NCBI GenBank assembly: GCA_965263355.1
Contig: CBDHHL010000048.1
Location: forward strand, 192,001-256,000
Direction: 5' to 3'
DNA: 64,000 nucleotides
Source of the DNA: Leptolyngbyaceae cyanobacterium
Lineage (GTDB): Bacteria; Cyanobacteriota; Cyanobacteriia; Phormidesmidales; Phormidesmidaceae
Below, piece by piece: positions 10,786 to 20,952 of this stretch (positions within the stretch are counted from its first letter, which is position 1; every line of letters starts with the position of its first letter). The notes beneath the pieces were generated by a model. The model saw only the letters and a program-made list of their open reading frames with translations, was not told the DNA's origin and did not search any database. A program made the translations under genes and the position numbers.

Positions 10786-11178
10786 ATGGCAAAAGGCGTC
10801 AAGCGCTCGGGTGGACGCAAACCAAGAAAGAATGTCCCTAATGGTGTTGTCTACATCCAATCAACATTCAACAACACCATCGTGACGATTACAGATACTA
10901 AGGGTGATGCTATTTCCTGGGCATCAGCTGGTTCTAGCGGCTTTAAAGGGGCAAAGAAGGGAACTCCTTTTGCGGCCCAGACTGCAGCCGACAGTGCAGC
11001 TCGTCGAGCGATGGATCAGGGAATGCGTCAAGTTGAAGTAATGGTTAGTGGCCCTGGTGCTGGTCGTGAAACTGCCATTCGTGCTCTGCAAGGGGCTGGG
11101 TTGGAAATCACCTTAATTCGAGATGTGACACCTATCCCCCACAATGGTTGCCGCCCACCAAAGCGTCGCCGTGTTTAA
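10786..11178 (+). CDS. rpsK: 30S ribosomal protein S11
   Basis: [30 protein letters not shown]. Confidence 0.98.
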   Translation: MAKGVKRSGGRKPRKNVPNGVVYIQSTFNNTIVTITDTKGDAISWASAGSSGFKGAKKGTPFAAQTAADSAARRAMDQGMRQVEVMVSGPGAGRETAIRALQGAGLEITLIRDVTPIPHNGCRPPKRRRV

Positions 11179-11243
11179 TCATTTGCTACCTATCAGCTAA
11201 ACGATCAGCCAACAGGCATAGCTATTGAAGGGAGGTCACTGTA

Positions 11244-12191
11244 GTGGGACAGTTTCAAGTTGAATGCGTAGAATCAATTGTTGACGACGATCAGAGCCAA
11301 TTTAGTCGGTTTGTTATCGAACCCCTTGAAAGAAGTCAAGGTATTAGTGTAGGCAACGCCTTAAGACGAGTACTACTCTCTAACCTAGAGGGTGCAGCCA
11401 TTACTGCTGTACGAATAGCAGGTGCTAATCACGAGTTCGCCACCATTCCAGGCGTTCGTGAGGACGTTCTAGATATTATTCTTAATTTAAAAGAGGTCGT
11501 TCTTAAGACTTACACCAATCAGCCCCAGATCGGCCGTTTAGCGGTACAGGGGCCAGCATCGGTAACAGCCGCACACTTTGAACTGCCAGCTGAGGTAGAA
11601 CTTATTAACCCCGACCATTACATTGCATCCGTCGCCCAAGGCCATACTCTTGAGATGGAATTCCGGGTAGAAAATGGTCGGGGTTACCGTTCTGTTAGCA
11701 ACAATCGAGATGAGGCAACTGCCCTGGATTTCATGCAGATTGATGCAATCTTCATGCCCGTGCGCAAGGTCAATTACTCAGTCGAAGAAACTATTGTAGG
11801 GGCTGACCAACCAAAAGATCGGTTACTGATGGAAGTGAGTACTAACGGTAGTCTCACACCACAGCAAGCAATGAGTCAGGCAGCCGATATCTTAGTAGAT
11901 TTGTTTAGTCCCCTTAAAGATGTCACCCTCGAACCTAAGCGTGATGAAGACGTCAAAGAGGAAGACACCACCTATCAAATTCCAATTGAAGAGTTACAGT
12001 TATCTGTACGTGCTTACAATTGTTTGAAACGGGCACAGATAAACTCTGTTTCTGACTTGCTAGATTACAGTCAAGAGGATCTTTTGGAGATCAAGAACTT
12101 CGGGCAGAAGTCGGCTGAAGAGGTGATTGATTCGTTACAGCATCGGCTGGGTATCACCCTGCCAATCGAGAAACCGGTTAAGTCATCTTAG
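11244..12191 (+). CDS. rpoA: RNA polymerase alpha subunit
   Basis: GNALRRVLLS, HEFATIPGVREDV, LSVRAYNCLKRA, KNFGQKS. Confidence 0.98.
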   Translation: MGQFQVECVESIVDDDQSQFSRFVIEPLERSQGISVGNALRRVLLSNLEGAAITAVRIAGANHEFATIPGVREDVLDIILNLKEVVLKTYTNQPQIGRLAVQGPASVTAAHFELPAEVELINPDHYIASVAQGHTLEMEFRVENGRGYRSVSNNRDEATALDFMQIDAIFMPVRKVNYSVEETIVGADQPKDRLLMEVSTNGSLTPQQAMSQAADILVDLFSPLKDVTLEPKRDEDVKEEDTTYQIPIEELQLSVRAYNCLKRAQINSVSDLLDYSQEDLLEIKNFGQKSAEEVIDSLQHRLGITLPIEKPVKSS

Positions 12192-12231
12192 TCCCTTAGT
12201 TTTGAGCCTTGATTTAATTGAGGCCATCTAT

Positions 12232-12256
12232 CCGAAGCCTCTGGTTTCGGTTTTTT
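12232..12256 (+). terminator. Terminator-like hairpin between rpoA and rplQ
   Basis: CCGAAGCC-TCT-GGTTTCGG followed by T6. Confidence 0.55.
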
Positions 12257-12286
12257 CTTGTTTATAGCATTAATAGAGGAGGTTTC

Positions 12287-12637
12287 ATGCGCCATCGAAG
12301 TCGTACACCCCATTTAAGTAAACCAGCTGATCAGCGACGTGCTTTGTTGAGATCGCTCACCACCGAGCTGATTCGTCACGGTCGAATCAAAACCACCCTG
12401 ACCCGAGCCAAAGCTGTTCGTTCCGAAGCCGAACGCATGATCACTCTGGCTAAAGAGGGCTCCCTGGCTGCTCGTCGTCGAGCCATGGGGTACATGTACG
12501 ACAAAGATCTTGTACATGCCTTATTTGAGCAAGCCCCCTCTCGCTATGCCGAACGCCAAGGTGGCTACACTCGAATTGTGCGCACGGTCAGCCGCCGAGG
12601 TGATAACTCAACTATGGCCATTATTGAGCTCACCTAG
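12287..12637 (+). CDS. rplQ: 50S ribosomal protein L17
   Basis: MRHR..RIKTT..GGYTRI..RRGD; ATG at 12287 after GAGGAGG. Confidence 0.97.
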   Translation: MRHRSRTPHLSKPADQRRALLRSLTTELIRHGRIKTTLTRAKAVRSEAERMITLAKEGSLAARRRAMGYMYDKDLVHALFEQAPSRYAERQGGYTRIVRTVSRRGDNSTMAIIELT

Positions 12638-12648
12638 AGTCTTGATCG

Positions 12649-13527
12649 ATGGCCAATCGTAAGCCTGCTCAACAGATTGAGGCTATCCCTGAAGCCAACA
12701 AAGGGACTCAACGGGTAGCCATTGTTATTCAATATCAGGGAACCAATTTTTACGGATGGCAACGTCAGCCGGAGAAGCGTACAGTTCAATCAGAGATTGA
12801 AACCGCCATTGAGTCATTGTTGGGCTATCGCGTTACCATCCATGGCGCAGGACGTACTGATACAGGAGTACATGCAGCTGCTCAAGTGGCCCACTTCGAT
12901 GCCCCTAAGGTGATCCCAGCGTATCGCTGGGCATCTATCCTTAACCATCGATTATGTGAGGAGATTGTGATTCGTGCTGCAGCCCAGGTTCCCGATGACT
13001 GGCACGCCCAATATTCGGCCGAATGGCGACGGTATCGATACACTATCTACACCGATACTTATCCAAATCTCTTTGTTCGTCCCTATGCATGGCATTTTTA
13101 CCATGAACCTTTGAATGCTGAACTAATGCAGTCGGCATTAGCCCCTATGTTGGGTTATCATGAGCTAGCTGCGTTTCATCGTGCGGGTTCCAGTCGTGCC
13201 CATTCGTGGGTTGAGTTGCAAGCGGCTGATTGTTCCCGTTGTGGTTCGTTTGTTCAGGTTGAGCTGCAGGCTGCTGGTTTTCTCTATGGCATGGTGCGCC
13301 TGATAATGGGTTTGCTAGTAAGTGTGGGTCGTCGTCGCCTAACTCCTGATGCTTTTACTGAACTTTGGCAGTCAGGCCGCCGTGACTTGGTTAAGCATGC
13401 TGCACCAGCTCGAGGCCTTTGCCTATTGCGGGTAGGTTATCAACATTTCCCATTTGCACCGGATGTTTGGTTTGATACTCAACCACAGTTAATGCTGCAT
13501 TCCACTACGAAGCATTTGGCTGTTTAG
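12649..13527 (+). CDS. truA: tRNA pseudouridine(38-40) synthase
   Basis: YQGTNFYGWQRQ, GAGRTDTGVHA, FLYGMVR, APARGLCL. Confidence 0.96.
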   Translation: MANRKPAQQIEAIPEANKGTQRVAIVIQYQGTNFYGWQRQPEKRTVQSEIETAIESLLGYRVTIHGAGRTDTGVHAAAQVAHFDAPKVIPAYRWASILNHRLCEEIVIRAAAQVPDDWHAQYSAEWRRYRYTIYTDTYPNLFVRPYAWHFYHEPLNAELMQSALAPMLGYHELAAFHRAGSSRAHSWVELQAADCSRCGSFVQVELQAAGFLYGMVRLIMGLLVSVGRRRLTPDAFTELWQSGRRDLVKHAAPARGLCLLRVGYQHFPFAPDVWFDTQPQLMLHSTTKHLAV

Positions 13528-13631
13528 ATTGCTGTAGTCAATCTTTGAGATCCTACTCAACACTCTTACAATATAGGCCGAATATCAAAAATGGCCACAT
13601 TTAATCCAGTTCGTTATATCAGTGCCTAAGC

Positions 13632-14063
13632 ATGTTTAAGACCTATATTCCCCCTGTCCAAGAAATAGATAAGAAGTGGTACGTTGTCGATGCCGCTGAC
13701 AAACGCCTTGGTCGTCTAGCGACAGAAGTTGCCAGTATCCTACGAGGCAAGAATAAGCCCACATTTACTCCAAATATGGATACTGGCGACTTTGTGATTG
13801 TGATTAACGCCGAAAAAGTTCATGTCACTGGTAGAAAGCGTGAACAAAAACTCTATCGTCGTCACTCTGGGCGTCCCGGTGGCATGAAGGTAGAAACCTT
13901 TGACCAGCTGCAGAATCGTATTCCCGAACGGATTATTGAGAAAGCTGTTAGGGGCATGCTACCCAAAAATGCTCTTGGTCGTAAGCTGTTTACCAATTTG
14001 AAAGTTTATGCAGGGCCTGAGCATCCCCATGAAGCTCAGCAACCTGAGGTCATCAACCTTTAA
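13632..14063 (+). CDS. rplM: 50S ribosomal protein L13
   Basis: [29 protein letters not shown]. Confidence 0.98.
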   Translation: MFKTYIPPVQEIDKKWYVVDAADKRLGRLATEVASILRGKNKPTFTPNMDTGDFVIVINAEKVHVTGRKREQKLYRRHSGRPGGMKVETFDQLQNRIPERIIEKAVRGMLPKNALGRKLFTNLKVYAGPEHPHEAQQPEVINL

Positions 14064-14109
14064 CTTAGTTTGAACTAGCAATATTTTATTTACAGGAGAG
14101 CATAGTTCC

Positions 14110-14520
14110 ATGTCAGAAGGACAATCTGATCAAGTTGTTTACTGGGGTACCGGTCGTCGTAAAGCAGCTGTAGCTCGTGTACGTCTGGTGCCTGGAGAGG
14201 GCAAACTCACCGTCAATGGCAAACCTGGTACCGACCATCTTCAAAATAATGCAGCTTATTTATCAGCCACTAAAGCGCCGCTGGAAACCCTTGGTCTGGA
14301 AGCTGATTACGATATCTTGGTCAATGTTCGCGGTGGCGGACTGACGGGTCAAGCCGATGCCATTAAGCTTGGCGTTGCTCGTGCTTTGTGTGAACTAGAT
14401 CCTGCTAATCGTGGACCTTTAAAAATTGAAGGTTATCTCACCCGCGATCCCCGTTGCAAGGAACGAAAGAAGTACGGTTTGAAGAAAGCCCGTAAGGCTT
14501 CTCAGTTCTCCAAACGTTAA
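14110..14520 (+). CDS. rpsI: 30S ribosomal protein S9
   Basis: [39 protein letters not shown]. Confidence 0.98.
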   Translation: MSEGQSDQVVYWGTGRRKAAVARVRLVPGEGKLTVNGKPGTDHLQNNAAYLSATKAPLETLGLEADYDILVNVRGGGLTGQADAIKLGVARALCELDPANRGPLKIEGYLTRDPRCKERKKYGLKKARKASQFSKR

Positions 14521-14572
14521 TTTATTTAGGTTTTGTTTATCCCTCAAACTATCTCACTATCGGAATAGAACC

Positions 14573-14815
14573 ATGCCAAAAGCAGATATTCATCCCGAGT
14601 GGTACCCTGAAGCTAAGGTCTACTGCGACGGTAAATTAATCATGACCGTAGGCTCCACTAAGCCTGAACTGCATGTGGATGTATGGTCTGGAAACCATCC
14701 TTTCTACACAGGCACTCAGAAAATCATTGACACTGAAGGGCGTGTAGAGCGTTTCTTACGTAAATACGGCATGGCCGACGATAAGAATAAGCAGGCTGAC
14801 AGCGCTGAAGGCTAG
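14573..14815 (+). CDS. rpmE: 50S ribosomal protein L31
   Basis: IHPEWY..DVWSGNHPFYTG..GRVERF. Confidence 0.97.
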   Translation: MPKADIHPEWYPEAKVYCDGKLIMTVGSTKPELHVDVWSGNHPFYTGTQKIIDTEGRVERFLRKYGMADDKNKQADSAEG

Positions 14816-14836
14816 CTGCTAATAGCATCATCTTGA

Positions 14837-14869
14837 ATCCGGGGGATTAGTCTGTCCTTCGGATGTTTT
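14837..14869 (+). terminator. Hairpin/possible terminator after rpmE
   Basis: ATCCGGGGGA pairs with TCCTTCGGAT (two G-U), then GTTTT. Confidence 0.45.
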
Positions 14870-14924
14870 GTATATGTTGACATTCTTTGTAGCCCTAACC
14901 CGCTGACATTATTGAGCAAATTCC

Positions 14925-16028
14925 ATGGCTGAGCAATATCTTCTCGATAAACTAAGGTCGGTTGATCAAACCTTTGAAGAACTCACCCGCCGCCTTGCGG
15001 ATCCGGATGTAGCCAAGGATCCAGATGAGTTTCAAAAAATTGCCAAGGCACGGGCATCTTTGGAGGAAACCATTAACACCTACAACGATTGGCAGAAGGC
15101 TAAGTCAGACTATGAAGGTGCTCAGGAAGTGCTTAAAGAGGCTGCGGGAGATGAAGAGCTGCGGGAAATGGCTGCTATGGAAGTCAAAGAACTCCAGGAG
15201 AGCATTACCACTTTGGAAACACGCCTCAAAATATTGTTGCTGCCACGCGATCCTAACGACGACAAAAACATTATGTTGGAAATCCGGGCCGGGGCCGGTG
15301 GCGATGAGGCTGGGATCTGGGCTGGGGATTTGCTACGAATGTATTCACGCTATTCAGAAGGACAGGGTTGGAAAGTGCAGACCATCAGCCAGTCTGTCGC
15401 TGATATGGGGGGCTGTAAGGAAGCCATTTTAGAAATTACTGGAGACCAGGTTTATAGCAAACTCAAGTTCGAAGCAGGTGTACACCGTGTTCAAAGGGTA
15501 CCAGCCACTGAAACCAGTGGTCGTGTCCACACATCTACAGCAACTGTAGCCGTGATGCCAGAAGTGGACGATGTGGAAGTCAAAATTGATCCTAAGGAAA
15601 TTGAACTGACTACAGCTCGTTCAGGGGGTGCAGGAGGTCAGAACGTAAACAAGGTGGAAACAGCTGTAGATTTATTCCACAAACCGACCGGTATTCGAAT
15701 TTTTTGTACGGAAGAGCGATCTCAGCTACAAAACCGAGAAAGGGCCATGCAAATTTTACGGGCCAAACTTTACGAAATAATGCTCCAAGAGCAGCAGGCA
15801 GAAGTCACAGATATGCGCCGCTCTCAAGTTGGTACAGGCTCTCGCTCTGAAAAAATTCGAACTTACAATTACAAAGACAATCGCGTCACCGATCATCGTC
15901 TAGGACAAAATTTTAGCTTAGCACCAGCCTTAGAGGGAGACATTGAAATTATGGTGCAATCCTGCATTACCCAAGACCAACAAGCTAAATTAGAACAGCT
16001 AGCCGCTGAAACTGAAACCCCCGCTTAA
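14925..16028 (+). CDS. prfA: Peptide chain release factor 1
   Basis: PAT anticodon-like motif (QRVPATE), GGQ motif, RSEKIRTYN. Confidence 0.97.
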   Translation: MAEQYLLDKLRSVDQTFEELTRRLADPDVAKDPDEFQKIAKARASLEETINTYNDWQKAKSDYEGAQEVLKEAAGDEELREMAAMEVKELQESITTLETRLKILLLPRDPNDDKNIMLEIRAGAGGDEAGIWAGDLLRMYSRYSEGQGWKVQTISQSVADMGGCKEAILEITGDQVYSKLKFEAGVHRVQRVPATETSGRVHTSTATVAVMPEVDDVEVKIDPKEIELTTARSGGAGGQNVNKVETAVDLFHKPTGIRIFCTEERSQLQNRERAMQILRAKLYEIMLQEQQAEVTDMRRSQVGTGSRSEKIRTYNYKDNRVTDHRLGQNFSLAPALEGDIEIMVQSCITQDQQAKLEQLAAETETPA

Positions 16029-16087
16029 ACAACACAGTGGGGTATTTGTTCACGGAGTTTGACAAGCTGTCTACTTCTTCCGTATCT

Positions 16088-17383
16088 ATGGCTAAATTTT
16101 TGCACATTGCTGATGTGCATCTAGGGTTTGATCGCTACAACAGCAAGGTTCGTACCACAGATTTTTTCCATACCCTGTGGGATGTATTTGATCGTTACGC
16201 CATCCAGATAAATGTGGACTTTGTTGTGATTGCCGGTGATTTATTTGAACACCGAATGATCCAACCCGCTATTTTGAATCAAGCTCAGCTTTGTCTGCAA
16301 CAGTTACAAGCTGCCAAGATTCCAGTTATCGCCATTGAAGGAAACCACGATAATTGTCCCTATGGAACAAAAACTAGCTGGCTACGCTATCTATCGGACT
16401 GGGGATTACTCAAACTGCTAGAACCCAGCCCAGGAGAAACCCTCTATACCCCTTGGGATGAAGCCACAAAACGGGGGAGCTACATTGATCTTGACTGTGA
16501 TGTCAGAATCTTAGGATCTAGCTGGTACGGTGCGGCTGCCCCTAAGGCCATCGAGCAAATTGCTAAGGCAATGACAGAGCAACTGCCTGTAGGCCCTAGC
16601 TCAACTGTTTTACTCTTCCACCATGGTTTAGAAGGGCAAATTGCTCGCTATTCTGGAGCCCTCCGTTATAACGATTTACTTCCCCTCAAAGCAGCTGGTG
16701 TAGACTACCTCGGCTTGGGACATATCCATAAACATTACACAATCGATAATTGGGTCTTTAATCCTGGCTCCTTAGAAGCTAACAACATAGAAGAAGGCAC
16801 CTTTGAGCGGGGGGCATTGCTAGTTGACCTCAACCATGGGCAGGTGGAAGCTAAGCTAAAAACTGATTATCGCCAACGCCCTATCACCAGGCTTTCATTA
16901 AAACTACGAGGCCAAGAAGCCTTAGAGGATATTGAAGGGTTGGCCCTTAAAACACTTAATCGGGCAATTGAGCAAAAACAAATAAACTCTAAACAGCAAC
17001 CCATTGTTGAGCTACGGATTGAGGGTCATGTGGGATTTGAACGCCTAGAGCTAGACACACGTAAGCTACAAACAGTATTGCAAGACCATTGCAACGCATT
17101 AATTTTTCTACTCAAATATGAAGTCGATAATGTTGCCTATGGAACTCCCCTAGCGGATGATGCTGACCGTCATCAAATCGAACGAGAGATTTTTACTGAC
17201 CTCTTATCCGCTAATAATATCTATAAAAAACGCGCTCAAAACTTGGCAGCAGGCCTAATTGAACTCAAGGAACGTCACTTGATTGGTGAACATGAAGAGA
17301 CTCTCTATATTTTGGTAGAACAGCTATTAAATTCTGCCCCTGTGCCAATGTCTACTCAGGCGTCTTCTGACCATTCAAGCTAA
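16088..17383 (+). CDS. Mre11/SbcD-family DNA repair metallophosphoesterase
   Basis: DVHLG, AGDLFE, EGNHD, HHG, LGHIH, NPGS motifs; start taken at MAKFLHIAD. Confidence 0.88.
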   Translation: MAKFLHIADVHLGFDRYNSKVRTTDFFHTLWDVFDRYAIQINVDFVVIAGDLFEHRMIQPAILNQAQLCLQQLQAAKIPVIAIEGNHDNCPYGTKTSWLRYLSDWGLLKLLEPSPGETLYTPWDEATKRGSYIDLDCDVRILGSSWYGAAAPKAIEQIAKAMTEQLPVGPSSTVLLFHHGLEGQIARYSGALRYNDLLPLKAAGVDYLGLGHIHKHYTIDNWVFNPGSLEANNIEEGTFERGALLVDLNHGQVEAKLKTDYRQRPITRLSLKLRGQEALEDIEGLALKTLNRAIEQKQINSKQQPIVELRIEGHVGFERLELDTRKLQTVLQDHCNALIFLLKYEVDNVAYGTPLADDADRHQIEREIFTDLLSANNIYKKRAQNLAAGLIELKERHLIGEHEETLYILVEQLLNSAPVPMSTQASSDHSS

Positions 17384-17440
17384 GATTGCGGCAAAATTGT
17401 GTGCCCTGCACTGCCGTCAATGACATCAGAGGATATCTGC

Positions 17441-19906
17441 ATGGGTTTGGATAGATCACCAGAACAGTTGATTAAAGCTGGACTAGCTGCATTGAAGCAA
17501 AAAGACTATGAGCGTGCGATCGCAACGTTTCAAGCGCTCACCCAAGTCGATAAGGTAAGTGCAAATTATCGACTTAAGGCTCAAATGGGACTTATCCGTA
17601 CCTATGAAGCCCAAGGCGCTAATGCCCAGGCCCAGGAACTATGTCAGCCTCTGCTTAAAAGCCATAGTCAGGCCATCCGTCAGTGGGCCTATGATAAATT
17701 ACAACAGCTCATCTCTAATAGCGGCAGCTCTGGACAGCATCCCATCATCCCTGATAATACGGCTGAAGCAGTCAGTGGTTTTGTCCCTGAAACAAGTGGT
17801 TTTGTCCCTTTCAATATTAATGAATCAGGCATCGAACCCATTAACTCACCTGGTAACTCAAATAGTTCAATAGCTCCTCAATCTATAGAGAACTCTAGTG
17901 ACGACCCATCCACCAGCAATCAACCCTCTCTATTTCATTACCAAACCCTCAACAATAGAAAAAATTTAGAGATAGCAGAGGTTAGGGACTTAAACTCTCT
18001 TGAAAATAACAACCACCACCCAACCGCAGCCCATCATCAAGGCCCAAATTCCTCGGAACCAACAACGCTCCTGCCATCAGAAAATTCAGACCAGATTACG
18101 CCTGCCCCACAACTAAACACTCTAATCAAACGATCCCATCGTTTAATACCCGCAACCTCAACACCTGGACCTGAGACTTGGCCCCAAGGTGAACGGCTCA
18201 GCACCTTGAAATCTTTAGGTCGAGTAGGTAAGGGTAGGCTTTGGTTTGCTCAACTAACAACAATTCCCATCTGCTTCTTTGTAATCCGTTGGCTAGCAAA
18301 AATCACCCTGACCTTTATTGGCAATTATCTGAATTTTTTAAGGGATTTCTCACCAATTCATATTCGGGTTAGTTACTTTTTCTGGGAACCTCAGTACTGG
18401 ACAGTCTTAATTAGCCTAGGAGTACTGACGATTACTTCTCCATGGCTATGGTCATGGCTTCTACAGCCCACGAACCAAATTAATCGTTCGCAATTACAAA
18501 TTTACAGTCCAGAAGCAGCACAACTTTTACACCGTCTTTGTGCAAAACGGCACTGGCAGTTCCCAAAAATTCAGCTGATCGCCGACGAATTACCACTAAT
18601 TTTTTCTTATGGGTGGCGACCTCGCTATGGCCAACTTGTCCTTAGCCAAGGGTTGCTTGACCAACTAGACCCCGACGAGCTGGCCGCCATCATCATGTAC
18701 GAGATCAGTCACTGGTCAACCTTAGACTGGATATTTTTCTCTAGCCATGGGCTAATCTTACAGGTCTGCCATCGTGCCTATTGGTTCCTAGCTCGGTGGG
18801 GAAAGGATCGACCTATAATTCTCCAGCTTGGGGCCGGAACGTTGGCTACTTTGAGCTATGGAATTTTCTGGCTATTGAGCAAGGTGGGCTGCAGCCTAGC
18901 ACGGACTCGGACTCCTTATCGAGATCGCATTGCCACCGAACTAACTGGTAATCCTAATGGACTCATACGCGCTTTAGCCAAACTTTCAGCTGCCATGGCC
19001 AACGCTATTGAGCAGCAAGGGTATACACCAGCCTTATTAGAAAGCTTGGATGCGATGCTACCGGTAGGTCCACAACGAGCAGGAGCATCAGCCAAGTACT
19101 ATGCCTGGGGAGCCTTTAACCCATTACGCCATTGGCTATCGGTCAACCAAGCCCATCCACCGTTAGGCGACCGGCTCTATATCCTGAATGCCTATGGCCG
19201 ATATTGGCGGCTTAAACCCAGTCTTAACTTTGCCCATTTAAGTCTGAGAAATAGCTCACAACCATTATCCACCAATGACTGGCAGAATTTACTCTTACAG
19301 GGGGGTGTCTGGTCCGGATTAATTCTCGGCTTGGGTCTTGGCATGGGTATGTGGTTGATTGGTGCGATCGCAACAAGCCTAAAGTTTCCCCTTCTTGCTT
19401 GGCTGTATCAAGATCGCAGCATTCTCATTGGCATCCCTCTGATTTGTGCAGCTACCAGCCAACTACTACGAATCAATTCGTTCTTCCCAGAAATCACCGA
19501 TATCCCCACCACCAGCCCAACACAATTTTCAGTCTGGCAAACTGACCATACCTTGCTCCCCCTTAGTTATCGCCCTTTAAAAATTAATGGCACTCTCACA
19601 GGCCGCCCTGCTCTAGCTAATTGGTTGGGACAGGAATGGCGACTGCAGACCGACCAAGGCAACATCAAACTACACCACGCTGCTTTCTTTGGACCTCTGA
19701 GCAATATAAGAGGCCTGACACCATTGCTGCATAAACCACTCCAGGTAACTGGCTGGCTGCGAGGAGGACATTATCTCTGGATTGACATCGAATATCTCCA
19801 AGACAGCCAAGGCCATACAAAACTTTCCCACCACCCAATCTGGTCAGTCATTACCAGCATCCTTCCCCTGGGATATGGCCTGTGGCTCATCTTAAGAGGA
19901 GGATAG
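17441..19906 (+). CDS. Membrane M48/HtpX-like peptidase homolog with N-terminal TPR-like region; degenerate Zn site
   Basis: SQGLLDQLDPDELAAII-YEISH, TGNPNGLIRALAK, HPPLGDRL; several TM segments; ATG 17441 after GAGGA. Confidence 0.75.
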   Translation: MGLDRSPEQLIKAGLAALKQKDYERAIATFQALTQVDKVSANYRLKAQMGLIRTYEAQGANAQAQELCQPLLKSHSQAIRQWAYDKLQQLISNSGSSGQHPIIPDNTAEAVSGFVPETSGFVPFNINESGIEPINSPGNSNSSIAPQSIENSSDDPSTSNQPSLFHYQTLNNRKNLEIAEVRDLNSLENNNHHPTAAHHQGPNSSEPTTLLPSENSDQITPAPQLNTLIKRSHRLIPATSTPGPETWPQGERLSTLKSLGRVGKGRLWFAQLTTIPICFFVIRWLAKITLTFIGNYLNFLRDFSPIHIRVSYFFWEPQYWTVLISLGVLTITSPWLWSWLLQPTNQINRSQLQIYSPEAAQLLHRLCAKRHWQFPKIQLIADELPLIFSYGWRPRYGQLVLSQGLLDQLDPDELAAIIMYEISHWSTLDWIFFSSHGLILQVCHRAYWFLARWGKDRPIILQLGAGTLATLSYGIFWLLSKVGCSLARTRTPYRDRIATELTGNPNGLIRALAKLSAAMANAIEQQGYTPALLESLDAMLPVGPQRAGASAKYYAWGAFNPLRHWLSVNQAHPPLGDRLYILNAYGRYWRLKPSLNFAHLSLRNSSQPLSTNDWQNLLLQGGVWSGLILGLGLGMGMWLIGAIATSLKFPLLAWLYQDRSILIGIPLICAATSQLLRINSFFPEITDIPTTSPTQFSVWQTDHTLLPLSYRPLKINGTLTGRPALANWLGQEWRLQTDQGNIKLHHAAFFGPLSNIRGLTPLLHKPLQVTGWLRGGHYLWIDIEYLQDSQGHTKLSHHPIWSVITSILPLGYGLWLILRGG

Positions 19907-20396
19907 CAATTGCCTGCCTGCATCAGTTAAAGTTAGACCTAAATAACCTGGAATTTATTTTTCTACAGTTCCTTAAGTCAATTGCTTGACTCTATGTTAT
20001 CTTTAGGCAGCTTCACTAAAAAAACCATTAGAATAGCTTGGCTTGGCATCAGACAGCATGATACTTTGAATGTGTAGGTATACGGCCTGTTTTCTCATTT
20101 CATACAATGAGAGGTCTCTGGTAGAGGTAGTGATGAGTAGTCATTTTGATTGACTGTTACCAGAGTTAGAGGTGATTTTTGCAAGCCACCCAGGTGGGTT
20201 TTTAAAAACTCGTTAACATGGTTGCTCGCTTACAATGGCCAGTGGTTTTTGCTGCGGTTCGTCACTTGTCAAATCATCTAAAGCCATAGTTCCAAGTTTT
20301 CTTTTAGAAGTTTTCAACCTCTAGTAAGGTTAGTTGGCTAAGTTTTGTTGACCTATCCGCCGCAATTGTTTCTTAGATCTGTTTAAGAGGTATCCC

Positions 20397-20849
20397 ATGT
20401 CAGTGCGCTTATATATTGGCAATCTTCCCCGTGAGCTAGAACGCGAGGAATTTGAAGCTGTTTTTGCAGAAGATGTTGATAACATCGTTTCAGTCAAATT
20501 AATTGCTGATCGCAAAACTGGTAAGTGTCGGGGTTTTGGTTTTGTCACTGTCAAAACTGATGAAATTGCCGATACTCTTGTGAGTAAGTACAACGGCCAA
20601 ACGCTTCAAGATACTACTCTTAAAGTTGAGAAAGCTATGCCACGTACTAAGGAAGCTGAGAGTAGTAATAGCAGTGGCAATGCCAATAGTGGTCGCAAGG
20701 GCAACGGCAAGAGAAATAACGGCAGTGGTGCACGTAAGCCTGCTACTTATTCTTCACCAGCCCCTGAAAGCACTCAGCCGGATCCTCGCTGGGCATCGGA
20801 CTTAGCTAAACTTAAGGAAATGCTTGCAGCACAAACAACGGCTTCCTAG
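20397..20849 (+). CDS. RRM (RNP) RNA-binding protein, long cyanobacterial type (Rbp3/RbpG-like)
   Basis: RNP2 LYIGNL, RNP1 RGFGFVTV, C-terminal QPDPRWA..L.KLK. Confidence 0.9.
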   Translation: MSVRLYIGNLPRELEREEFEAVFAEDVDNIVSVKLIADRKTGKCRGFGFVTVKTDEIADTLVSKYNGQTLQDTTLKVEKAMPRTKEAESSNSSGNANSGRKGNGKRNNGSGARKPATYSSPAPESTQPDPRWASDLAKLKEMLAAQTTAS

Positions 20850-20897
20850 AAGTTCCCTAGGCAAATACTCTTTTTTTGAATCAACTACATACTCAGT

Positions 20898-20930
20898 GAA
20901 GGGGCCAAAATAAATTTGAGCCCCTTCTTT
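20898..20930. terminator. Hairpin between convergent RRM gene and crtB (likely terminator)
   Basis: GAAGGGGC (20898-20905) / GCCCCTTC (20920-20927), then TTT. Confidence 0.6.
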
Positions 20931-20952
20931 AACAGCTCTAAATAACCAGATA

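Noticed and set aside
5150..11243. Absence of rpsJ before rplC and of rpsD between rpsK and rpoA
   Set aside because: Normal for cyanobacteria; both genes are encoded elsewhere.
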